This document shows, one piece after another, positions 58,066-64,000 of a DNA stretch of 64,000 nucleotides. Both the position numbers and the translations under genes were made by a program. The stretch is taken from sequence record DRR723986_4137. One strand, written 5' to 3'. Position 1 is the first letter of the stretch. The number at the start of each line of letters is the position of its first letter. The notes below the pieces were generated by a model, which was not told where the DNA came from, did no database searches, and worked only from the letters and a program-made list of their open reading frames with translations.

Positions 58066-59700
58066 TTATTCTGTAAGCAGCCCGCTACGGATCTCAGTGA
58101 ACTGGTTTCGGTATTCTGCCAGTTCACTGCTGGTTAGTTGGGCAGATGGTTCGGCGATCAGTTGAAGGCAGTGCGTTACGGCGGTGACGCTCGTGTTGCC
58201 TTCTAAGCTGGAACGATCAAACTCAAGACGTTCTGGAGCCCCATTGAATGCGACGCCAGCGTCTGTTGAAAGGCTGTAGATTACATATCGCCAGTCGCCT
58301 AGCTCGTTGGCAAGCTCGCACTCTACCGTGACCCAACCTTCGGTCGTGTAGCCCTTCTCTTTCTCGACACTCCAGCCGCGCTGTTTCCACTGGGTTGTCG
58401 GATCGTTCCAGCCGAGATACGGCAGAGAAAGTAACACTGCGAACTGCTTTTGACGATTTGCATACCGGCGCAGAATGGAATACTGACCGCGGCTGCTAAT
58501 GATTTGCGGCTTCGCTTCTTCCAGGACCAACTGCCAGCCTGATGAAGTTTGTTTCGGAAGGTTAAGTGAGTCTGCAATCTGTGCCGCGTCTTGCTCAGTA
58601 TAGGAAGGCAGGCTGAACCGGAGATCAGACGAGCCCCCACCTAGCAATTTGCTGGCGGGAAGAATCATCAACAAGACCGCTGCAATGCCGAGGATCTTGG
58701 GTAGGAGGCTGGAAAGCAGTGCGCTCTCTGTTGCTGCTGTATGGTCCGCCTCCTCCTGAGCTGCGACCGCTTCTGGCTCGTCAACTGCACCAGGCCATGC
58801 GAAAAAGCGATTGAGGTTCGTGAAGAATCCGCCAAACTTCGAGTCAGCGGTTGGGATCGGTGCAAACAGATTGCCAAGGAATCGTATTGATAAAGCGATC
58901 AATGCCGCCAATAAGAGGAAGGTTCCCACATGGAGCAGCAGGTAGTCTTTGCCATTGCTAAGGTCGCGACCATACCAGAGGGGCGCGAGGATAATTGCGG
59001 TCATTCGAAGCAGATTACCTACCCAAGCCCACATTGGAACAAGTGCGAGGGCCAATAGTGAAACGAGCAATCCACTTCGCCGAAACGCGCAGATACCGAG
59101 TGTTAGGGACGCCAATCCAAAGATGCTTCCCCAAGTTGCCGCCACACTGCTACTAACAACAAGCGTGTTTTCCACCTCGATGGACGCACCATGTTGGATC
59201 AGGGTTACCTGAAGAGCGTCTAGGATACTGGCTGTACCAGATGCGGCTGTGGCGTAGACCCAATTGAGCACCGTTTGATCTAGATCGCGAGGCAGTGGAA
59301 TCGTTGACGCCAAGAAAGCGGTCCAGCCAACCGTGGTTCCCCAATGAAGCGTTCGGAAGCGGCCGGTCGCCCAACCTCCGATGAACAGGACAAACGCAAC
59401 TTGCCCTAGCCACGCAGAGTCCCGTAAGGCTCCGGCGGCCAGCGCGGCTGTGCCCGCAAGTAGAAGCGCAGCGGCGACCAAGAAGCGTTTTTCGGAGTGC
59501 TTTCCTGCCGGCCGTCTGGCACCTACAAACAGCAATGCGATGAAAGCGACGAATGTTACGGGCACGAAAGCCATGTGAGGCTTTGTTCCCAGGACGGCAA
59601 TCTGCTGAATAAGAAGCGGTAAACATGCTACCGCCGGTAAAATTCCTGCAAACAGATCCCACTGCGTAAAGCCGCGGCTGGTTGTTTTGGGCGTATTCAT
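58066..59700 (-). CDS. Exosortase-family paralogue lacking the catalytic Cys (Ala-Arg-Tyr)
   Basis: KPHMAFVP, ILDAL and ALVPMWAWVGNLLRMTAI...GRDLSNG align to the 51380 protein (Ala187, Arg232, Tyr253). Confidence 0.8.
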   Translation of the reverse strand: MNTPKTTSRGFTQWDLFAGILPAVACLPLLIQQIAVLGTKPHMAFVPVTFVAFIALLFVGARRPAGKHSEKRFLVAAALLLAGTAALAAGALRDSAWLGQVAFVLFIGGWATGRFRTLHWGTTVGWTAFLASTIPLPRDLDQTVLNWVYATAASGTASILDALQVTLIQHGASIEVENTLVVSSSVAATWGSIFGLASLTLGICAFRRSGLLVSLLALALVPMWAWVGNLLRMTAIILAPLWYGRDLSNGKDYLLLHVGTFLLLAALIALSIRFLGNLFAPIPTADSKFGGFFTNLNRFFAWPGAVDEPEAVAAQEEADHTAATESALLSSLLPKILGIAAVLLMILPASKLLGGGSSDLRFSLPSYTEQDAAQIADSLNLPKQTSSGWQLVLEEAKPQIISSRGQYSILRRYANRQKQFAVLLSLPYLGWNDPTTQWKQRGWSVEKEKGYTTEGWVTVECELANELGDWRYVIYSLSTDAGVAFNGAPERLEFDRSSLEGNTSVTAVTHCLQLIAEPSAQLTSSELAEYRNQFTEIRSGLLTE

Positions 59701-59914
59701 GGAGTTTCGCGAAACGTGGTTCGGTGAATTTGTTCAGTGCGAAAGTGTTGATCGCACATTCTACAAATGCAAGGACGATTCGGGCACTACTACACGAATG
59801 AGTTGAGGCAATTGGTCTCAAAACAACCACTTGCGAGTAAATCAGAGAATCCGAAGGAGCAGCCAGCGTCGGTTTGTCAGATTCTTCGCCAGACTGCATA
59901 TAGACGCGTTTGAT

Positions 59915-60943
59915 TTAGCGACGGTTCACAGGCGGGAAATGACTTGGTGCGAGCGAAGCGTCGCTAGGAGTGACACCAAATTCGTGGCTACCGGCCTGAT
60001 TGCGGAATGGATAGTCGAGGCCAGACTCGCCAGCTAGGTCTTGCCAATGCACGCCGCTTTCAAAATCGAATGCATCAAGGTCGATAAAAGCGATACGACC
60101 GTCACGATACAGAACATTGAAACCGCGCCCTTCGTGAGCAACAAACTGTTCCTCAACGCTTCGCAGTACAATTGGGGCGTCGGCAAGAACGGGCATGTGA
60201 GCGCCGCCAATCAGTCTTGGAGCAACTACTCGACCCGATTCGTTGATCCCCAGTGAGTAGGCGTAATTGCCTGCTGCCACTCGACGGAAATACTGCAACG
60301 ATTCGTCTGACAAGTCAGAAACATTAGCAGCTCTCAGGCTGCCGAACGGATTTCTTGACTGGTCATCGTCGATTCCAATTCGGCTACTACACTGCAAATT
60401 AGCGGTTCGAAGCGGCATACCTGCATCAGCAAGTTGCACGGTAAAGTAGCCCGCAAATGCGCCAGTTCCGGAAGTTGGAATCTGTGGGAATCGCCCCTCG
60501 GGGTTCACCGTTGCGTAATTAATCAGTGATTGACCTGTCGTCCGAAGGTTATTCGCACATTGCAGCTTGCGAGCTGAGTAGCGAGCGCGGACGACGGCAG
60601 GCAAAATCAAGCAGCAAAGGGCCGCGAGGCTGAGACTTAGCGCTGGCGAATCCCAGAACGACCCCCGTGATCGAGAGTTGCTTGCAGGTGATAGGTGAAC
60701 TGGCGGTTCCGCTGGATGCGGCGCCACCGCATCGTCTATCCGTGCCAGGGTCGAATCGACCAGGTCCGCAGGAGCTTCAAATACCGGGTGGGGACCTTCC
60801 AGGGCACCGAGCATTTCACGCAGATGCTCGATACGTTCGCGAATGGACGAGTCGCCCTGGGCTGCGGATTCGATTCGCTCGGACAACTCGGCCGTTGAGT
60901 CACCGAGGACGTAGAGAACAAGTTCTTCTTCGGAAAACTGCAT
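59915..60943 (-). CDS. Putative anti-sigma factor fused to a DUF1559-like domain
   Basis: N-terminal EEELVLYVLG...ERIE...PADLVDSTLARI, then a TM segment, LILPAVVRAR.SARKLQCANNL and C-terminal HEGRGFNVLYRDG. Directly downstream of an ECF gene. Confidence 0.75.
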   Translation of the reverse strand: MQFSEEELVLYVLGDSTAELSERIESAAQGDSSIRERIEHLREMLGALEGPHPVFEAPADLVDSTLARIDDAVAPHPAEPPVHLSPASNSRSRGSFWDSPALSLSLAALCCLILPAVVRARYSARKLQCANNLRTTGQSLINYATVNPEGRFPQIPTSGTGAFAGYFTVQLADAGMPLRTANLQCSSRIGIDDDQSRNPFGSLRAANVSDLSDESLQYFRRVAAGNYAYSLGINESGRVVAPRLIGGAHMPVLADAPIVLRSVEEQFVAHEGRGFNVLYRDGRIAFIDLDAFDFESGVHWQDLAGESGLDYPFRNQAGSHEFGVTPSDASLAPSHFPPVNRR

Positions 60944-61029
60944 ACCGGCAAGTGCCCAGTTGCGCTAAACAGTGAGGCCAGAACAACGGCGGTTCAACTG
61001 GTCACAATTCCACAGAGGGGAACCGACAA

Positions 61030-61674
61030 TCAACCACTCGACTTCTCTTCATTACGCTGCCAGATGGCCGAAAGTTTGCGAATTGCTGAGTGAACGCGGC
61101 TCTTTACTGTTCCAACAGGGACGTCCAACGCGGTTGCGGCGTCTTTGTAGGACAAGCCTTGCAGGTAAATGAGCTCAATGGCACTCTTGCCTGGCTCTCC
61201 AACCTGATCGACGGCCGCAAGCATTCGCTCGCGGAATTCGGCTTCGACTAAAAGGTCGCCGTCGGGTGCGCGATGATCTGGAATTGATGCTGCTGCCGAG
61301 GCACTGCGGCTTTCGCCCTCGTCATTGGACCAATCTAGGCTCTGATGATTTTGACGTTTGCAACGTCGTTGCAGGTCAATGGCTTGGTTGGTGGCCACGC
61401 CGTAAAGCCACGGGCGAAACCTTCGCTGCAGATCGAACTGCGAGCCCTTTTGATAGACTCGTAAGAAAGTCAGTTGAAAAGCATCTTCGGCGTGTTCGTC
61501 GTTGCCCAAGTAACGCCGCAGGTAGTTATACAGCTCGTGTCGGTACCGCCGGAGAAGGATTTCAAAACTACCTCGGTCCCCGTTTTCAACGAACGCTCGC
61601 AAAAGCTCTTCGTCGGTACGCAACTCGATCGAGTCTTGATCACAAGGCTTCTGAGAAGTTTGTAGCTGCGACAT
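61030..61674 (-). CDS. ECF sigma-70 factor
   Basis: TDEELL, AEDAFQ.TFL, FRPWLY..ATNQAID and GLSYKDAA..LDVPVGTVKSRVH motifs. Confidence 0.93.
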   Translation of the reverse strand: MSQLQTSQKPCDQDSIELRTDEELLRAFVENGDRGSFEILLRRYRHELYNYLRRYLGNDEHAEDAFQLTFLRVYQKGSQFDLQRRFRPWLYGVATNQAIDLQRRCKRQNHQSLDWSNDEGESRSASAAASIPDHRAPDGDLLVEAEFRERMLAAVDQVGEPGKSAIELIYLQGLSYKDAATALDVPVGTVKSRVHSAIRKLSAIWQRNEEKSSG

Positions 61675-61862
61675 GAATCAACGACTGAGTTTGGAGTTTC
61701 TGCAGATACCCAACACGATGCATTCATTTTAGACGAATGACAGCTCAAATTGCAACAATTGAGAGGCCAATGACACGGTGCCAGACGCGATCTCGCAGAA
61801 TTTCTCTCCGGTTAACCGCGTCGGGTCGTGGCTGCCAGTCGCATGTTTCTTGATCTAAGTTG

Positions 61863-64000
61863 TTATGCTGTAACGGGTTGTGGCAACGCGTGTTCCGGTC
61901 GTGGTGCACGGCTACGTGGGAGCAGACAGAACAGGCTGGGCACGAGCGTTAGCGAAATAAGTGTGGCTCCAGTCACTCCGGTGCCAATGGCGATGGCCAG
62001 GGGAGGCCAAAAGCCTCCACCACTGACTACAAGCGGCAGGAAACCAACCACGGTTGTTGCGGTGGTCGCCAGCACGTGACGTGTCACTTCAACGATCGTT
62101 TCGACAGTCTTCTCGCGATCGCCAGTTCGAACGCCCTCTGAGTGTCCGAGGGCCGCGACGACCACGATTGAGTCATTAATGGCGATCCCAATGAGTCCCA
62201 TCGTTCCGACAATCGCCATGAAACCAAATGGGTAACCGAAAAGGTAGAGCGAACCGACGCCCAGTCCGATCGCGAGTGTTGCAACGAGCCCGATCATCGC
62301 GGCGAGCCTGAACGAAGCGAGGGCAAGCACCAGGGAGGCGACCATACCGACTAGGAGCACGGCTACGCTGGCAAGCAAACGCCCAACCGCAGCGTCGCGT
62401 TCTGCGGACTCACCGCCGATTTCGATGGAGTAACCAGGCGGGAGATCAGTCAGTCCGGAGTCGGCCAGGCGTGATTCCAGGCCCGTGAGAACTTTGGATG
62501 GCAGTGTGCCAGCGGTGATGAAGCTCTGGACTTCGTTCATTCGGCGCCCGTTGTAGCGCGTGATGGCTGCCTGCTGCGGCTCAAGTTGAACGGACGCAAG
62601 GGCCGAAACAGGTATAGCGGATGTTTGCACCTGTGGTCCGTTTGTATTCGAGTTCGCCGTCCTGGTTACCAGAATGCTGGAGCTGTTCAGTTGGTCTATT
62701 CCGGCGATGCGCCCTTCCTTGAGACGGACGCGCACGGGGATTTCTTCGACTTCCTCAACAATGGTCCCGGCCGGTAGGCCTTGAATGGACGCAAATAGTT
62801 GTTCTCCGACAGCTTGTTCTGTTAGGCCTGCCCAAGTCGCCTGTTCACCTTTGATACAGACAGCCGCCACGGGACGCGAGTCGCTCAAAGCGGTGCGGGC
62901 ATGCAAAACGTCGGGCACGGTCGTGGCGATCGAACGAATCTTCTCGCCGTACTCTCGCAATCGATCCAAACTAGGCCCGAAAACACGCAGTTCAACCGGC
63001 GCATCGAATGGCGGCCCCTGCTCTAGTTGTCGGACAAGCACGCGTGCCTCCGGACACAATTCGTCCAGCTCGAACTGTAGCTCTTGGATTAGCTCTAGTG
63101 AACTGCGGTTGCTGTCCAGCGTAACGATGGCCTGTCCATAGTTTGGTGCGTTCTTACGCCGAGCGATGATGTTGTAGTAGAACGATGGTGCACTTTCACC
63201 GAAAAACCAGCTCAACCGCTGTACTCGAGGTTGTTCGGAAAGGGATTCGCTGATCCGCTCGCACACTCGCTGCGTCTGTTCAATCGAGGCGCGTGGTTCT
63301 AGCTCTACTTCGATGTAAAACTGATCCCGATCTGCGGGCGGGAAGAACTGTTCGCGCAGTCCGGTGCTTGCAACAAATCCAAGAATCGGAAGTGTGCAGC
63401 CGGCGGCAATGCCCACGATTGGATACCTGAGCATGAAGTTCAGCCATCGCTTGTAGATGCGAGTGATGAAGGGGACACTGATTCCGCCCCGCAACAGTCG
63501 GCCGAAAAATGACCTCGACGCATGGTGGTCGCTCGATGAACCTTGGAGTAAAGCGGCTGTTGCTGGCAATACCGTCATTGCAAGAAGGAACGAGCTGAAG
63601 ATCGCCAGCATGACCGTGATAGCGATCGATCCAACGAATTCACCCGCCGGGCCTTCCATCAATGCGATCGGTGCAAACGCGAGGGCAGTAGTCACCGTGG
63701 AAGCAAGCAGCGGTGCAAACAGTCGCGATACCATATCGATGACGGCCTCTTTCGGCGAAAGTCCCCGGCGGAGGCTGATGTCAATCTCGTCAGCCGCGAT
63801 GATGGCGTTATCGATTAAGAGACCGAGCGCGATGATCAAGCCGGTAATCGACATCTGGTGGATTGGGATGCCCAGGAAGTTCATGCCTCCGACGACCATC
63901 AGTGCGGCTACCGGAAGCGTGGCCGTTACCAGTAGCGAACTCCGCCAGCCCATGAAGATCAGAGTGACCAATCCGACTGCGGAAACACCCACCAGCAAGT
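61863..64000 (-). CDS. RND efflux permease (AcrB/AcrD/AcrF family), 5' part outside the window
   Basis: GLIIALGLLIDNAII, STVTTALAFAP, QFFPPADRDQF, GIAINDSIV and GGFWPPLA motifs. Confidence 0.93.
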   Translation of the reverse strand, partial: LLVGVSAVGLVTLIFMGWRSSLLVTATLPVAALMVVGGMNFLGIPIHQMSITGLIIALGLLIDNAIIAADEIDISLRRGLSPKEAVIDMVSRLFAPLLASTVTTALAFAPIALMEGPAGEFVGSIAITVMLAIFSSFLLAMTVLPATAALLQGSSSDHHASRSFFGRLLRGGISVPFITRIYKRWLNFMLRYPIVGIAAGCTLPILGFVASTGLREQFFPPADRDQFYIEVELEPRASIEQTQRVCERISESLSEQPRVQRLSWFFGESAPSFYYNIIARRKNAPNYGQAIVTLDSNRSSLELIQELQFELDELCPEARVLVRQLEQGPPFDAPVELRVFGPSLDRLREYGEKIRSIATTVPDVLHARTALSDSRPVAAVCIKGEQATWAGLTEQAVGEQLFASIQGLPAGTIVEEVEEIPVRVRLKEGRIAGIDQLNSSSILVTRTANSNTNGPQVQTSAIPVSALASVQLEPQQAAITRYNGRRMNEVQSFITAGTLPSKVLTGLESRLADSGLTDLPPGYSIEIGGESAERDAAVGRLLASVAVLLVGMVASLVLALASFRLAAMIGLVATLAIGLGVGSLYLFGYPFGFMAIVGTMGLIGIAINDSIVVVAALGHSEGVRTGDREKTVETIVEVTRHVLATTATTVVGFLPLVVSGGGFWPPLAIAIGTGVTGATLISLTLVPSLFCLLPRSRAPRPEHALPQPVTA

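Noticed and set aside
54780-59700. Calling the two non-canonical exosortases pseudogenes
   Set aside because: Full-length uninterrupted ORFs, highly diverged from the canonical copy yet retaining the TM pattern and motif spacing
1-64000. CRISPR arrays, rRNA genes, IS transposases, reverse transcriptases
   Set aside because: No regularly spaced repeats, rRNA-like tracts or DDE/HUH/RT motifs were seen by eye; small structured RNAs cannot be excluded without a covariance search

Overview
Bacterial DNA that looks planctomycete (Pirellulaceae-like), judging from a DUF1559-type domain, planctomycete-style ECF sigma factors, an exosortase U and a WecA with a C-terminal extension. It has four blocks. 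(1) 1-~9770 is the right-hand part of an integrated element: an unlisted Xis/AlpA-like HTH gene, a GHKL ATPase + STAS (DUF4325-like) pair, a lone tape-measure-like gene, a large lipoprotein, a tyrosine integrase and an ECF sigma, ending at a tRNA-3'-end-like att remnant and a terminator. (2) ~10.3-18.7 kb is accessory: a PEP-CTERM protein, a beta-helix/LRR protein, and a CxxC-rich cluster (DUF1223, Ser/Thr kinase, peroxiredoxin-like, YHS) whose three transcription units share a GTAAG-N16/17-CGWC ECF-like promoter motif. (3) ~19-50.5 kb is a divergent Wzx/Wzy-type EPS locus with ugd, a NusG paralogue, wecA, wza, wzc, a Wbp-type diacetamido-uronic acid pathway, an ACP acylation cassette and a bacillosamine-type pathway. 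(4) ~50.8-59.7 kb is a PEP-CTERM/exosortase locus, followed by an ECF/anti-sigma pair and a partial RND permease. The most striking observation is in block 4. Three exosortase-fold paralogues align without gaps across the active-site region: one is canonical (Cys-Arg-His), one has Arg and His swapped (Cys-His-Arg), and one lacks the nucleophile (Ala-Arg-Tyr). They are interleaved with two paralogous membrane-anchored TPR proteins. All calls come from motif reading by eye; no database searches were run.
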